Part shown: positions 1-13,415 of the stretch, piece by piece
Numbering within the stretch: position 1 is the stretch's first letter
Layout: each line of letters starts with the position of its first letter
From: Bdellovibrionales bacterium
GTDB lineage: Bacteria > Bdellovibrionota > Bdellovibrionia > Bdellovibrionales > UBA1609
Direction: 5' to 3'
DNA: 64,000 nt
Assembly (NCBI GenBank): GCA_050246815.1
Contig: JBFWVI010000003.1
Location: 32,001 to 96,000 of the forward strand
Translations under genes and position numbers: made by a program
The notes under the pieces: model-generated
What the model was told of the DNA's origin: nothing
Databases searched by the model: none
The model's input: the letters and a program-made list of their open reading frames with translations, nothing else

Positions 1-505
1 ACTCGCCGCCAACCTTAACAGCACCACGAACAGGCAGAATTGCCTTTGTGATACGACTCACACTGCGAATCACCCCGCAGTTAACTTCACCCGCCGGTAA
101 ATCCTCTGGACGCCCTCTTACAACCTGTACATTCTTTGCGCCTATTCGTTCGGCCATATACTTCAAAAAATCCATTTTCTTTTCGTCAGGTTCAATAACT
201 ATAATTTTTCGTGCGGGATCAAGCGCTGCCATTATTAGACTTGGCAGCCCGTTTCCAGATGCCATGTCGTGGATTACGGGTGCCTTGGTTGCTTCTAGAA
301 TAATTTGCGACCCAATAACGCAGTCATAAATATGCGAAATATCCCCATCCAGCTCGCTCTTCTTGGGTATCAGATTCAGTTTCTGGTTGAAGCGGATAAG
401 ATCCCAATAGAATGCCTCCAAAGAGGTTAAGAACTCAGCGGGTAGCCCCGCGATGTACTCCGGCACTCGCCAATAACCCTGTGGTTTTGCATTATCAGTA
501 CTCAC
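1..505 (-). CDS. rsmG: 16S rRNA m7G527 methyltransferase RsmG/GidB (partial, runs off window; not in ORF track)
   Basis: Manual translation from GTG at 505 (GTGA overlap with mnmG stop): [16 protein letters not shown]...FNQKLNLI...HIYDC...DMASGNGLP...IEPDERKMDFL; RsmG-like motifs; immediately downstream of mnmG. Confidence 0.85.
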   Translation of the reverse strand, partial: MSTDNAKPQGYWRVPEYIAGLPAEFLTSLEAFYWDLIRFNQKLNLIPKKSELDGDISHIYDCVIGSQIILEATKAPVIHDMASGNGLPSLIMAALDPARKIIVIEPDEKKMDFLKYMAERIGAKNVQVVRGRPEDLPAGEVNCGVIRSVSRITKAILPVRGAVKVGGE

Positions 506-2394
506 GTCCGCGGATGCCTTTCTAACGCGTTGCTTCCAATTGCCCTTAAGTAAATCATTATGGCCTGTACCGCGGATGGATTGACTCCGCTAATGCGCTG
601 CGCCTGACCCAGTGTGCGCGGCTTCACGATTCTTAGCTTCTCAATCTCTTCCGTCGAAAGGCCACGAATTCTCTCATAAAGAAGATCGGCAGGAAGCTCC
701 AAACTTTCAAGTCTCTGAGACTGTTCAATAAGATCTAATTGTCTTTTAATATAACCATTATATTTTACTTCTATCTCAACCGATTCCATAACCTCGAAAT
801 CATCCAATCCTAACTTGATTCCAAACCGTTCTAAATCAGAACAGCGCACTTCGGGTCGTCGCAGCAAGTCTTCTGCTGTACACGGCTTTAAGAGAACAGA
901 TAGATCCATCTCACGCAGTAAACTTTGTGTTTCCTCGTTCGGTACCAGTTTCTTATCTCTCAATTGCTGCAGTAAATCTTGCTTTCCACTTAACAACTTT
1001 AAATATCTTTCTGCTAATGCCTCTTGAACCAAACCGAGATCAATACCAACCTGGCCCAAGCGCTCTAAAGTATTGTCTTCTCTTAAAACCAAGCGATGTT
1101 CAGCCCGAGAAGTCATCATGCGATAGGGTTCATTCGCGCCCTTGGTTATCAAGTCGTCCACCATAACAGCTGTGTAGGCTTGATCGCGTCGCAAAATCAG
1201 CGGCTCGCGTTCGAGTAGCTTTAAACCAGCATTTGCACCTGCGATCAAACCTTGTGCGGCGGCTTCCTCGTATCCGCTGGTCCCATTGATCTGACCGCCT
1301 AAGTAAAGTCCCCCTATATATTTAGTCTCAAGCGTCGTCGTTAGCTGCGTCGGCTGCACAAAATCATACTCAACGGCATATCCGGGACGAAGCAACTTCA
1401 CATTCTCCAGACCGGATATCGTTCTTAAAAATTCGTACTGAACTTCCTCGGGCAGCGAGGTCGAAATCCCCTGCAAATAGATCGAGTCCGTGTTTAATCC
1501 TTCGGGTTCTAAAAAGGTTTGGTGCTCTGTTTTATCCGCAAAACGAACAATCTTATCTTCGATACTGGGACAATACCTAGGCCCTACGCCCTCAATAGCC
1601 CCACAATACATGGGCGATTTATCTAAATTGTTCCTTATGATTTCATGCGTCTTCTCATTGGTATAACCTAAAAAACACGCAACTTGCGGGTGCTTGAGCG
1701 CTTTGGAGCTACGAATGGAAAAAGGTATAAATTTATCGTCTCCCCACTGTGGCGTAAGAAGGTCCCAATTGATCGAATCACGCCTGAGACGCGGGGGCGT
1801 ACCCGTTTTTAGGCGGCCCACTTGGAATCCTTTATCACGTAGCTGGTCAGAAATTCCAACCGAGGCTCGATCCCCCACCCGTCCCCCTGACGTCTGGGTC
1901 ATCCCTATATGCATCACGGCCCGCAAAAAGGTTCCGGTCGTAATCACGACGGCCCGAGAGTAAAGCCGACTGCCATCTTCGGCAACGACGCCACGGCACA
2001 CGGAACCTTCTAAAATCAAAGAGGTAATCTCACCACCCTTGACCTGCAGATTCGGCTGCCTTTGAAGGCGTTGGCCCATGTAAAGACAATAAAGATCCTT
2101 GTCACACTGCGAGCGCGAGCCACGAACCGCGGGTCCCTTTCGCCCGTTGAGCCGCTTAAACTGAATGCAAGTCGCGTCTGCAGCGACTCCCATTTCTCCG
2201 CCTAAAATATCCACCTCGCGCACCATGTGGCCCTTACCTAATCCACCAATCGAGGGGTTGCAGCTCATATAGCCGATGCGATCGAGGTTGTTGGTGATCA
2301 TCACGGTATTAAGGCCAAGACGCGAAGCCGCCAAGGCGGCCTCAATTCCCGCGTGACCGGCCCCCACCACAATGACATCAAAAGACTGGCTCAA
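502..2394 (-). CDS. mnmG: tRNA uridine-5-carboxymethylaminomethyl(34) synthesis enzyme MnmG (GidA)
   Basis: [13 protein letters not shown] motif, [45 protein letters not shown] start at 2394 chosen just after mnmE stop. Confidence 0.97.
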   Translation of the reverse strand: MSQSFDVIVVGAGHAGIEAALAASRLGLNTVMITNNLDRIGYMSCNPSIGGLGKGHMVREVDILGGEMGVAADATCIQFKRLNGRKGPAVRGSRSQCDKDLYCLYMGQRLQRQPNLQVKGGEITSLILEGSVCRGVVAEDGSRLYSRAVVITTGTFLRAVMHIGMTQTSGGRVGDRASVGISDQLRDKGFQVGRLKTGTPPRLRRDSINWDLLTPQWGDDKFIPFSIRSSKALKHPQVACFLGYTNEKTHEIIRNNLDKSPMYCGAIEGVGPRYCPSIEDKIVRFADKTEHQTFLEPEGLNTDSIYLQGISTSLPEEVQYEFLRTISGLENVKLLRPGYAVEYDFVQPTQLTTTLETKYIGGLYLGGQINGTSGYEEAAAQGLIAGANAGLKLLEREPLILRRDQAYTAVMVDDLITKGANEPYRMMTSRAEHRLVLREDNTLERLGQVGIDLGLVQEALAERYLKLLSGKQDLLQQLRDKKLVPNEETQSLLREMDLSVLLKPCTAEDLLRRPEVRCSDLERFGIKLGLDDFEVMESVEIEVKYNGYIKRQLDLIEQSQRLESLELPADLLYERIRGLSTEEIEKLRIVKPRTLGQAQRISGVNPSAVQAIMIYLRAIGSNALERHPRT

Positions 2395-2399
2395 GTTTC

Positions 2400-3830
2400 C
2401 TACTTCCCTAGGCAAAATTCGCTAAAGACTCGGTCCATCACTTGGTCGTCAAAACGACGGCCTAAAATCTCATGCATTGCCAAAACGGCTTCGTGCAACT
2501 CAAATGCCGCAAACTCTGGACTCGCGTCCTCTTGCAATAATCGATCGGCCTTCATAACCGCGCTCTGTGCACGGCGTAAAAGTTCGGCGTGACGGGCTCG
2601 GATGGCCATCGGAGCATCTTCGACCATTTGAACCTGCACAGCTTGCGAAAAAAGTTGTTTCAGTCGCTCAAGTCCTTTTGCGTTTTTAGCGCTGGCCGCA
2701 AAAAATCGGTCTTCACTTAAATCCGCCAGCCATCGAGACAAGTTTTCTGGACCGATTTCTGCCGCCTGTCTGAGCGCATGAATTTCTTGCTGCAAATCTT
2801 GCGTCATCAAGTCTGCTTTATTACGTACCAAAATCGTGCGCACGCGCTGTTTATCATCAAGTTTCGCCATTTCCTGCAAAGCCAGTTCATTGGACGTGCC
2901 ATCAATCAAAAACAAAATCATATCTGCTTCCGCCGCTGTGGCTCGCGAACGCTCGATCCCGATGCTTTCAACTTGGTCTTCAGAAACGCGTAGTCCCGCG
3001 GTGTCCGTCAATCGCACACAGACACCGTGAAACTGCAGATGACCCTCCACCAGGTCGCGGGTGGTTCCGGGTGTATCGGTTACGATGGCGCGTTCTTCTT
3101 CAAGCAAAGCATTGAGCAGGCTGCTTTTTCCCACATTCGGTAGCCCTAAAAGTGCAACATGAAACCCTTCGCTTAAAAGTCGACTTTGGTTCTCACTCTT
3201 TAACAGCTCCGAAATGGCTTGATGGACTCCATTTAGACGCGCACTTAAGTTGGAGTTCTGTGCCACCACGATATCTTCTTGGGCGTAATCAATATTCGCC
3301 TCAAGGTTGGCCGCCACCCAGGTGACGCCATCCAAGATTTCCTCGACCCGCTTTGAGGAGGCTCCCTTAAGTTGGCGCAAGGCCGCGCGCGCGGCGGGCT
3401 GACTGCGGCTTTCGATCAAAGACAATACCGCCTCGGCTTGTATCAAATCCAGCCGTCCATTCATGAATGCTCGGTAAGTGAACTCACCCCGCTTCGCCAA
3501 ACGGGCCCCCGCCGCAAGTAATCGCTCTACAACCTGATGAGCTAGCCAATTTCCGCCATGGCAAGAGATCTCCAACACCTCTTCGCCTGTAAACGAGCGG
3601 CCCATTGCAAAATACGAGACCAGAACCTCGTCAATCGGCGTTTGATCTGTTGGATTTTTGAGGGTGCCAAAATAAATACGATGCGACTCAGGCACAGCCG
3701 GCAAAAAGGAGGCTATTGAACTGACTACTGCTAACGCCCGGGCTCCGCTGATTCTAACGACGGCGATTCCACCAGTCCCGGGAGCAGTTGAGACAGCTGT
3801 AATCGTATCTCGGTCCTGCTCCAGGAGCAT
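2400..3830 (-). CDS. mnmE: tRNA modification GTPase MnmE (TrmE)
   Basis: [23 protein letters not shown]-motifs; C-terminal FCLGK. Confidence 0.97.
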   Translation of the reverse strand: MLLEQDRDTITAVSTAPGTGGIAVVRISGARALAVVSSIASFLPAVPESHRIYFGTLKNPTDQTPIDEVLVSYFAMGRSFTGEEVLEISCHGGNWLAHQVVERLLAAGARLAKRGEFTYRAFMNGRLDLIQAEAVLSLIESRSQPAARAALRQLKGASSKRVEEILDGVTWVAANLEANIDYAQEDIVVAQNSNLSARLNGVHQAISELLKSENQSRLLSEGFHVALLGLPNVGKSSLLNALLEEERAIVTDTPGTTRDLVEGHLQFHGVCVRLTDTAGLRVSEDQVESIGIERSRATAAEADMILFLIDGTSNELALQEMAKLDDKQRVRTILVRNKADLMTQDLQQEIHALRQAAEIGPENLSRWLADLSEDRFFAASAKNAKGLERLKQLFSQAVQVQMVEDAPMAIRARHAELLRRAQSAVMKADRLLQEDASPEFAAFELHEAVLAMHEILGRRFDDQVMDRVFSEFCLGK

Positions 3831-3851
3831 ATAAATCTCTTTTTTTAAACC

Positions 3852-4403
3852 CTAGACGTTAAAGTTCGGCTCTGCTTGCGCATCGTCCGCACCCTTAACC
3901 GGGTAGATTTTAATTTTTTTGAAATGACCGTCGCCGATCGAGCGGCTTTTCACACGGCCATCTTCAGCCAAGTACTGGTGAACAACTTTGCGATCTTTCG
4001 GCGCCAAAGCGCGAAAATAAACCGACTTGCCCTTGGTTAAGGCGATGTCTTTTAACTTGTCAGCAAGTTCGATTAGTGCGTCGTTGGCCTGCTGTCGGAA
4101 GCCAGCGCAATCCACATTTACATTGATACGCGATTCGGGCTCTTGATGCTGAACCACGCGTTTCAAGTACAGCTGAAATGCGTCAAGTAATTGACCTTCG
4201 CGTGCGGTCAGCATTTCTTCGTCGGCACCTTCGAATTCCACCAAAAGGTCACCTTCGCTGTTTTCTTCGCGAATTGTAAAGGTCAGTTCCAGGCCGCTGA
4301 GGCTGATGATCTCTTCCAGGATCTGCTGCAAGGCTGCGTGCGAGCCTTCGAGCTTGGCCTCATCTTTTTTACCGCGACCGAAAAGTTTGTTTAAAAACGT
4401 CAT
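3852..4403 (-). CDS. jag: Jag/KhpB/EloR-family RNA-binding protein (KH + R3H)
   Basis: KH-like region, R3H motif RKVVH, SRSIGDG; canonical position between yidC and mnmE. Confidence 0.85.
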   Translation of the reverse strand: MTFLNKLFGRGKKDEAKLEGSHAALQQILEEIISLSGLELTFTIREENSEGDLLVEFEGADEEMLTAREGQLLDAFQLYLKRVVQHQEPESRINVNVDCAGFRQQANDALIELADKLKDIALTKGKSVYFRALAPKDRKVVHQYLAEDGRVKSRSIGDGHFKKIKIYPVKGADDAQAEPNFNV

Positions 4404-4413
4404 AACCTGACTC

Positions 4414-6042
4414 CTATTTTTTGGCTGTGACTGGCGTTAAGGGTGAGCTTTTCATCAAGTACAATTGTTGAACAATACCAAAGACCGTGCTGATAAAGAT
4501 ATAAAGCGTCAATCCGCTGGGCAAGGCCAGCATAAAGACGGTCATGATCAGTGGCATGAACATCAAGATTTTTGCTTGCATGGGATCCGCCGACGAAGGT
4601 GTAAGTCTCATTTGGATGAACATGGTGGCGCCCATCAAAATCGGCAACACGAAATAAGGATCCTTAAAACTCAGATCATGAATCCACAACATAAACGGTG
4701 CTTGATAAAGCTCCACGCTGTGGCCAAGCACTTGATATAGCGCAAAAAATACCGGGATTTGCATCAAAACGGGTAAGCAACCACCAACGGGATTCACCTT
4801 GTACGTCTTGAACAGCTGCAACATCTCTTGGTTTAAGCGGGCCTGATCATCTTTGTAACGGGTCTTTAGATCTGCGATCATCGGCTGAATGACCTGCATC
4901 GCTTTCATCGAACGAAACGACATCACATTGAAGGGCAAAACCAAAAAACGAACCAAGATGGTCAGTAAAATAATCGCAATGCCCCAATTGCCGGTCACCT
5001 CATGAAACCATTTCAGCGCACTCAAGATCGGTCGGCCCAAAAGAGCGAAAAAGCCAAAATCGACCACACCGATCAAACTTTCATCCACTGTTCTTAGCAG
5101 CTGAAGATTTTTAGGACCCATAAAGGCGGTGTACTTAAGCTGCATGTTGTCGCCACGATTCAACAATGAATGGCTGATGCTGGTCACCACTGTTTTTTTG
5201 CTGGCGCTAACTTCAGTTTTAAGTTCTGGACGCACGTCAGAACGGTCCACCAAAGCTTGAGTGAAATACTGTGTGCCTAAAGCGGCCACTTGCATTTTAT
5301 CAACGCGCACACTGAGGTCTTGATCTGGCGCTAAATGCAATCGTTCAGAACTTTCTGATCCTAAAGCATACGCTTCTTGACGCTCAAAGGTCGGCGCCAA
5401 AAAGCTACCACCCTCAAAATGCATCAGGGGATCCACCATATATGTAGTCAGTCCCAAAAAAGAATCGCTTTGCCCCTGCACTTGAACTTCGGTGTCGATA
5501 CGATATTTGTTTTCGTCCATCACCAAGGTTTTCACGACCTCAACACCGGCGGCACGGGCCCGGCCGACATAATGTGTCTCAGAAACCTTTTCGATCGTGA
5601 AATTTAAAGGCGCACGCCGCCCAATAAGCTCAGTGGCGAAGGGCAGCCGTCCTTCGACCTCAGTACCAATTTTAATCGGCACGCCCTGGCGGTCATGGTA
5701 GTTCTTAAGCTCAAAATCTTTAAGCCCCATCCCCCAAGACGAGATTTTAAAAGACCATGTCGTGCCCGTGATAGCCACTGTCTGCTCGGGTGTGGCGTTG
5801 TCCGCCGCAATTTCATCGTTCTTCGCCTGCGATGCGGTCGGTACAGCTTCACTGACGGTGCCGGTGATCGCCTCTGTCGCGCCTTGAGTTTGAGCCGCGC
5901 CGACTTGTTGGGCTTGAGTGGGTTTATGTTGGTTCGGATATTTTTTTTGCAGATGAAACTGCCATCCCAACCACACAATGGTGGTGATGATGATCGCCAG
6001 CAATGTCTTTTGATCGAAAAAACTTTGTTTAGGCTGCTTCAT
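4414..6042 (-). CDS. yidC: Membrane protein insertase YidC
   Basis: GNWGIAIILLT, NPVGGCLP, QIPVFFALY, WIHDLS..DP, PSGLTLY. Confidence 0.97.
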   Translation of the reverse strand: MKQPKQSFFDQKTLLAIIITTIVWLGWQFHLQKKYPNQHKPTQAQQVGAAQTQGATEAITGTVSEAVPTASQAKNDEIAADNATPEQTVAITGTTWSFKISSWGMGLKDFELKNYHDRQGVPIKIGTEVEGRLPFATELIGRRAPLNFTIEKVSETHYVGRARAAGVEVVKTLVMDENKYRIDTEVQVQGQSDSFLGLTTYMVDPLMHFEGGSFLAPTFERQEAYALGSESSERLHLAPDQDLSVRVDKMQVAALGTQYFTQALVDRSDVRPELKTEVSASKKTVVTSISHSLLNRGDNMQLKYTAFMGPKNLQLLRTVDESLIGVVDFGFFALLGRPILSALKWFHEVTGNWGIAIILLTILVRFLVLPFNVMSFRSMKAMQVIQPMIADLKTRYKDDQARLNQEMLQLFKTYKVNPVGGCLPVLMQIPVFFALYQVLGHSVELYQAPFMLWIHDLSFKDPYFVLPILMGATMFIQMRLTPSSADPMQAKILMFMPLIMTVFMLALPSGLTLYIFISTVFGIVQQLYLMKSSPLTPVTAKK

Positions 6043-6329
6043 GGCTGTGCATTCTCCTTAAGCGCAGAGGGGACAGGATCCCAGCCGAAAGGGCCCAAGG
6101 GATGGCAACGGCAAATCCGTTTGATCGCCAAAGAGGTCGCTTTCAAGGGCGGGTGCGTCTGATAGGCTTCCACCGCATACTGTGAACAGGTCGGTGAAAA
6201 ACGGCAGGTGCCGCCCAAAAAGCCTCTCAAAAACGATTGATAAAAATAAATTAGCGAAAGCGCCAAGGTGCGGATGATTGCCGCGAATATCTTATGCGAC
6301 TTTTGCCAAGCTCTTAGACAGAACTGCAT
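6039..6329 (-). CDS. yidD: Membrane protein insertion efficiency factor YidD (start uncertain)
   Basis: CRFSPTCSQY, RICRCHP, GWDPVP. Confidence 0.9.
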   Translation of the reverse strand: MQFCLRAWQKSHKIFAAIIRTLALSLIYFYQSFLRGFLGGTCRFSPTCSQYAVEAYQTHPPLKATSLAIKRICRCHPLGPFGWDPVPSALKENAQP

Positions 6330-6663
6330 CGATTTCCTTATGACTGAGTTGTCGGTAAAATTCATTCTGTTGGCGACGAAACACGAGGCTTATATCCACG
6401 GTTTCGTCGTCGCCGATTTGCGCCGCCCAACGACGCAAATGCTCACGGCACCAACGCTTCAGCCGATTGCGTGTGACGGCGGTGCCTACATATCGCGGAA
6501 GTGTGCATCCAAGGCGGATTTTTTTTTGCTGATTCGGCTTTGAATACACCACCAACCATGGGGCCACGATCACACGTCGACCTTTTTGGCGAAGTTGCAG
6601 AAATGATTGAGGTGATTTGAGACTAACCAGCGCCGCCACGGGGGTGGGCTGCTTATTTTCCAC
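6292..6663 (-). CDS. rnpA: Ribonuclease P protein component
   Basis: RLG....[15 protein letters not shown] motif; follows rpmH. Confidence 0.92.
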   Translation of the reverse strand: MENKQPTPVAALVSLKSPQSFLQLRQKGRRVIVAPWLVVYSKPNQQKKIRLGCTLPRYVGTAVTRNRLKRWCREHLRRWAAQIGDDETVDISLVFRRQQNEFYRQLSHKEIDAVLSKSLAKVA

Positions 6664-6802
6664 TCACACTCACCGTCAGGCGCTTACGGCCTTTTGAACG
6701 GCGACGTGCCAAAACTTCTCGGCCATCTTTTGTGGCCATGCGAGTGCGAAAACCGTGTGTGCTTTTGCGACGTTTACGGCTGACTTGCAGTGTGCGTTTC
6801 AT
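6653..6802 (-). CDS. rpmH: 50S ribosomal protein L34 (49 aa; below ORF-track cutoff)
   Basis: Manual translation [49 protein letters not shown]. Confidence 0.97.
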   Translation of the reverse strand: MKRTLQVSRKRRKSTHGFRTRMATKDGREVLARRRSKGRKRLTVSVSGK

Positions 6803-6954
6803 GCGGTAACTCCCGGTTACGACTGTAGAATACTACGTCAATATATGAAAACCTTTGAGCCGCCGAATAAACCACAATCGGGGCTTCTGGGTCAAGGCGT
6901 CGTGTCGGGCGATTCATTGAAAAATTTTTAGGTTCGTGATAACTCAAGCGCCAC

Positions 6955-6963
6955 TTATCCACA
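6955..6963 (+). promoter_or_regulatory. Perfect DnaA box upstream of dnaA (likely autoregulation)
   Basis: TTATCCACA in the rpmH-dnaA intergenic region. Confidence 0.8.
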
Positions 6964-7019
6964 TTTTAAGCTAAGTATTGCAAACAGAATAGGCAGCTTA
7001 CTTTTTGAGGGGGCATCGC

Positions 7020-8426
7020 ATGAATCATGAGGACTTCTGGGCGCAGGTTAAACACAACCTCAAGTCCAAGAACCTCAACAATAAACCTCTGCAAATGTGG
7101 TTCGAACCGACTTGCTTGGTGGATGTTGAAACCCGTCAAAGTGGTGCTTGCTTTCGTTTAGGCGTGCCAACGGAACTACATAAGTATTGGATTTCACAGA
7201 ATCTTTTAGATCGTATCTGCTCAGAGATTTCGGCTCTCTATGCTCAAGCGTTTCAGGTGGAAGTGGTGGTCACGGGCGCCAATGAACCTGCGGCTAATGA
7301 GGTCGGTCAGTTAGAACTCGAGGCCTCTGTAACCTCCCAAACACAGGCTTCTGAATCCCGTGCCTGGCCGCAAACGACGGGGAATACCTATCAACGTGAT
7401 GGAATTAACAGCGATTACACCTTTTCCACCTTTGTGGTTGGGCGAAATAACGAATTTGCCCATGCGGCCTGCTTTAATGTGGCTGAAAACCCTGGGGGCA
7501 AGGTGAATAACCCCCTATTCATTTGTGGGCCGACCGGCATGGGTAAAACCCACTTGCTGACCGCTGTGGGCAACCATATTCGCCAAAAATTCCCCGAAAC
7601 CCGTATCAACTATGTCAGTGCGGAACGTTTTTTAAATGAATGTATTTCCAGTATCCGCCGTGGCGAAATGGATAAATTTCGTAACCGCTACCGGGATAAC
7701 TGCGACATTCTGCTGATGGATGACATTCAAATCTTAGGGCGTGGAGAAGCCGTTCAAGAGGAGTTCTTTCATACGCTGAACAACTTCTTCGAAAAAAGTA
7801 AACAGGTGGTCGTGGCCTCTGACCGGATGCCAAAAGACATTAAGGGTCTAGAAGATCGTATTCGCACCCGTCTTGAATGGGGTCTTATCGCGGATATTCA
7901 AATGCCAGACATCGAAACCCGTGTGGCCATTTTGAAATACAAGGCCGAACGACGAAGTATTCCCTTGGTGAACGAAGTTGTGGGCTATATCGCCCGCATT
8001 TCCAAACGATCAATTCGTGAACTCGAGGGCAATCTGAACAAGCTGAAAATGTACTCAGAGCTGCAAGGTGTTCCACTTTCTTTGGATCTCGCGAAGCGGG
8101 TATTGGCCCATCATGACGACGTGGCCACCATCACGATCGAAGAGATTCAGCGGTTAGCATCAGAACACTACCAAGTTCGCCTGCCTGACCTAAAGTCGAA
8201 AACACGCACCAAGCCTCTTGTCACGGCTCGTCAAGTGGCCATGTACTTAGTTAAAAAACACCTCGATAAGCCACTGGTTGAGATCGGTCGTGCCTTTGGA
8301 GGCAAAGACCACACCACGGTCATCAACGCTTTGCGTAGGATTGAGAATCAACTGCATAAAGACCCTGAAATTAAGAAAGATGTCGAAGAGTTAGAGGGGC
8401 GTATCCACAACATCACAGGGGTGTGA
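7020..8426 (+). CDS. dnaA: Chromosomal replication initiator DnaA
   Basis: NPLFICGPTGMGKTHL, DDIQ, EEFFHTLN, RELEG, FGGKDHTTV; ATG at 7020 after GAGGGG. Confidence 0.98.
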   Translation: MNHEDFWAQVKHNLKSKNLNNKPLQMWFEPTCLVDVETRQSGACFRLGVPTELHKYWISQNLLDRICSEISALYAQAFQVEVVVTGANEPAANEVGQLELEASVTSQTQASESRAWPQTTGNTYQRDGINSDYTFSTFVVGRNNEFAHAACFNVAENPGGKVNNPLFICGPTGMGKTHLLTAVGNHIRQKFPETRINYVSAERFLNECISSIRRGEMDKFRNRYRDNCDILLMDDIQILGRGEAVQEEFFHTLNNFFEKSKQVVVASDRMPKDIKGLEDRIRTRLEWGLIADIQMPDIETRVAILKYKAERRSIPLVNEVVGYIARISKRSIRELEGNLNKLKMYSELQGVPLSLDLAKRVLAHHDDVATITIEEIQRLASEHYQVRLPDLKSKTRTKPLVTARQVAMYLVKKHLDKPLVEIGRAFGGKDHTTVINALRRIENQLHKDPEIKKDVEELEGRIHNITGV

Positions 8427-8625
8427 ATAGAGCATGTGGAAAACCCTGTGGGCAAATGTGGGGAAGAAAATGTGGATGCGCCTGTGTGTGCATAATTCAC
8501 TAGAATTAACGGATCTTTTCCGCTACTTAATCCACTGGGAAAATGCAGTTAAAACAAAAGGTTAAATAGATAAGGCCGATATACCGTCGCCTACTACGAC
8601 TACTAGTTTTATATTAAATAAAGAG
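8401..8625. other. Replication origin oriC (dnaA-dnaN intergenic)
   Basis: Degenerate DnaA boxes GTATCCACA 8401, TGTGAATAG 8422, TGTGGAAAA 8435, TGTGGGCAA 8447, TGTGGGGAA 8457, TGTGGATGC 8471, TGTGCATAA 8487, TAATCCACT 8528; DnaA-trio-like CTACTACGACTACTAG 8591-8606 then AT-rich run. Confidence 0.85.
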
Positions 8626-8663
8626 ATAGAGAATATAGGGAACTTATTGGATGAGGGGATCAA

Positions 8664-9794
8664 ATGAAAATCAAAATCGATAAGCAAGATTTTGTAGACC
8701 TGATTGGGCGCGCACAAAACATCGTTGAAAAAAGAAACACCATGCCTGTCTTGGTGAATGTTTTGTTGGATGCGCAAGGAGATTTTTTGCAAGTCTTCGC
8801 CACAGATCTTGAAGTGAGCCTGACCGATCAAATGCCCGCCGAAATTATTCAACCGGGTAAAGTGGTGGTCAACGCGCGCAGCCTTTTTGATATCATCAAA
8901 GAACTGCCCGAAGGCCAAGTTCAGTTAGAAAAGAAAGAAAACAACTGGTTAAGAATCACTCAGAATAAAGCCTTGTTTAATATCGTCGGCATCAGCCCGG
9001 ATGAGTATCCGGTGTTCCCCACATTCTCGACGAAAGATTTTGTTGTTGTTGAAACAGAGATGCTTCGCGAGATGATTGAAAAAACGATCTACAGTGTTTC
9101 GACGGACGAGACCCGATACCATCTGAACGGGGTCTTTTTTGAAAAACAGATGGACAAAGATGGCGTCAGTTATCGCATGGTGGCTACCGATGGCCATCGC
9201 TTGAGTCTGATCGACCGCAAAACCAAAGGGGATATGTCCGCATCTATCGGGAAAAGCCCGACTCAAGGTGTGATTATTCCGCGCAAAGGTTTGCATGAAC
9301 TTCGAAAGCTTCTGGATAACGCTGGGGAAACCGTGGATATGGCGATCGAAGGGTCGCAGTTGATCGTTCGTTCAAGCAGTGCCGTGCTGATGGTTCGTCT
9401 GATTGAGGGGAAATATCCCAATTATCAACAGCTTATTCCACAAAACCTAAGAGAAAATTTGTTGGTCAATCGCGCCATGCTTTTGAGTTCGCTCAAACGG
9501 GTGTCGCTTTTGTCGAATGCGAAGTCTCGCGGTGTGACTTTGAATTTGTCCAAAGGGAAAATGGAAATCACCTCGAACAATCCAGAGCTGGGCGACGCCA
9601 AAGAAGAAATCGAGGTGGATTACACCGGTCGAGATATGAAAATAGGTTTTAATGCGCGCTATATTTTGGAAGTGCTCACCAGCATGAACGAGGATTTGGT
9701 ACAAATTGAATTTAACGATCAATTGTCGCCGGGTCTCGTACGTCCGCACAAAGACAAGTCGTACACTTGCGTCGTTATGCCGATGCGGATTTAA
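8664..9794 (+). CDS. dnaN: DNA polymerase III beta sliding clamp
   Basis: ATDLE, VATDGHRL, RLIEGKYP, GFNARY, VVMPMR. Confidence 0.98.
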   Translation: MKIKIDKQDFVDLIGRAQNIVEKRNTMPVLVNVLLDAQGDFLQVFATDLEVSLTDQMPAEIIQPGKVVVNARSLFDIIKELPEGQVQLEKKENNWLRITQNKALFNIVGISPDEYPVFPTFSTKDFVVVETEMLREMIEKTIYSVSTDETRYHLNGVFFEKQMDKDGVSYRMVATDGHRLSLIDRKTKGDMSASIGKSPTQGVIIPRKGLHELRKLLDNAGETVDMAIEGSQLIVRSSSAVLMVRLIEGKYPNYQQLIPQNLRENLLVNRAMLLSSLKRVSLLSNAKSRGVTLNLSKGKMEITSNNPELGDAKEEIEVDYTGRDMKIGFNARYILEVLTSMNEDLVQIEFNDQLSPGLVRPHKDKSYTCVVMPMRI

Positions 9795-9806
9795 GTTTTA
9801 GTTAAA

Positions 9807-10946
9807 ATGCATTTCAGTCGGCTGCGGCTCAAGAATTTTAGAAACTATCAAGATCTTGAGTTGCAGTTCAATCCGGGAGTCAACATCTTCGTTGGCCAAA
9901 ACGGGCAAGGGAAAACAAACTTAGTTGAGGCTCTTCATCTTTTGGTGAAAGGCGATTCGTTTCGTGCCGGGTTGCCGGAAGTTTGGCTTCGTAAGGTGGA
10001 AGAAGGACACGCTGACTTTGCCACTTTACAGGCCTCCGTACATAAAGCTGGTCTCAGTAATGAATTGGAAATGCGTTACCATGGTGGCAAAAGACAATTT
10101 TTTGTCGACCAAAAAAAAGTGATCAGCAATATTTTGCCAGAACGCTATCCGGCCGTGCTTTTTAGTCCAGAAAGTTTGGCTGCAATCAAAGAAGGTCCTG
10201 ATCAACGCCGTCAATTGATCGATGACGCGCTGATGTCGCATGGCGAAGGAGCCCGGGTGACGGATTTCAAAAGAGCCTTGCGCTCAAGAAATCGCCTGCT
10301 GCGCGACTTTAAAGCCGGCATTTACCAAGAGACCCAAATCCTTGAACTGCTTGAGGCCTTCGATCAAGTCTACCTTCCCTTGGCAGCAAAGCTTGCCAGC
10401 GAACGAATACGACGTTTAAACGAGCTTGAGCCCTTGATCCGCGACGCTGTTCGTTCGATTGCGCCGGAAGATCTTGGGGATATCTCTGTGGATTACGAAA
10501 TTTCAGACCGAAGCGCGCGCGAGTATGATTTGCATGAGATTTTACAGACCATGCGTAATAGATTGAAATTACTAAGAAAATCAGAACTTTCGTATGGGGC
10601 CTCTTTGGTGGGCCCACACAAGCACGAGGTGCACTTCCTAAGTGCTGGAAATGACGCGCGTTATTTCTGTTCGCAAGGGCAACAAAGAGCCCTCATTTTA
10701 GGTTTCAAGATGGCGCAAATCATGTATCATTACTCGACTTTTCAGGTTCATCCTTTGTTACTTTTGGATGATGTTTTGTCCGAGTTGGATCCGCATAAAG
10801 GAGCCAACTTACTCAAATTTTTGGAAGGTATCCGTTCGCAGATTTTACTGACGACGACGGATATTTCTTTCCCGTTTGAGTTCGGCAACAAAGGGATGAG
10901 CGTGTATCGGATGAAAAGCGGCGCGGTTGAAGAGCTGCGCCCTTAA
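9807..10946 (+). CDS. recF: DNA replication/repair protein RecF
   Basis: NFRNY, GQNGQGKTN, GPH, SQGQQR, LLLDDVLSELD. Confidence 0.96.
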   Translation: MHFSRLRLKNFRNYQDLELQFNPGVNIFVGQNGQGKTNLVEALHLLVKGDSFRAGLPEVWLRKVEEGHADFATLQASVHKAGLSNELEMRYHGGKRQFFVDQKKVISNILPERYPAVLFSPESLAAIKEGPDQRRQLIDDALMSHGEGARVTDFKRALRSRNRLLRDFKAGIYQETQILELLEAFDQVYLPLAAKLASERIRRLNELEPLIRDAVRSIAPEDLGDISVDYEISDRSAREYDLHEILQTMRNRLKLLRKSELSYGASLVGPHKHEVHFLSAGNDARYFCSQGQQRALILGFKMAQIMYHYSTFQVHPLLLLDDVLSELDPHKGANLLKFLEGIRSQILLTTTDISFPFEFGNKGMSVYRMKSGAVEELRP

Positions 10947-13403
<2,457 letters not shown>

Positions 13404-13415
13404 AGGGATAACCGC

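Noticed and set aside
6774..6962. 62-aa minus-strand ORF upstream of rpmH
   Set aside because: Out of frame with the true rpmH and spans the promoter/DnaA-box region
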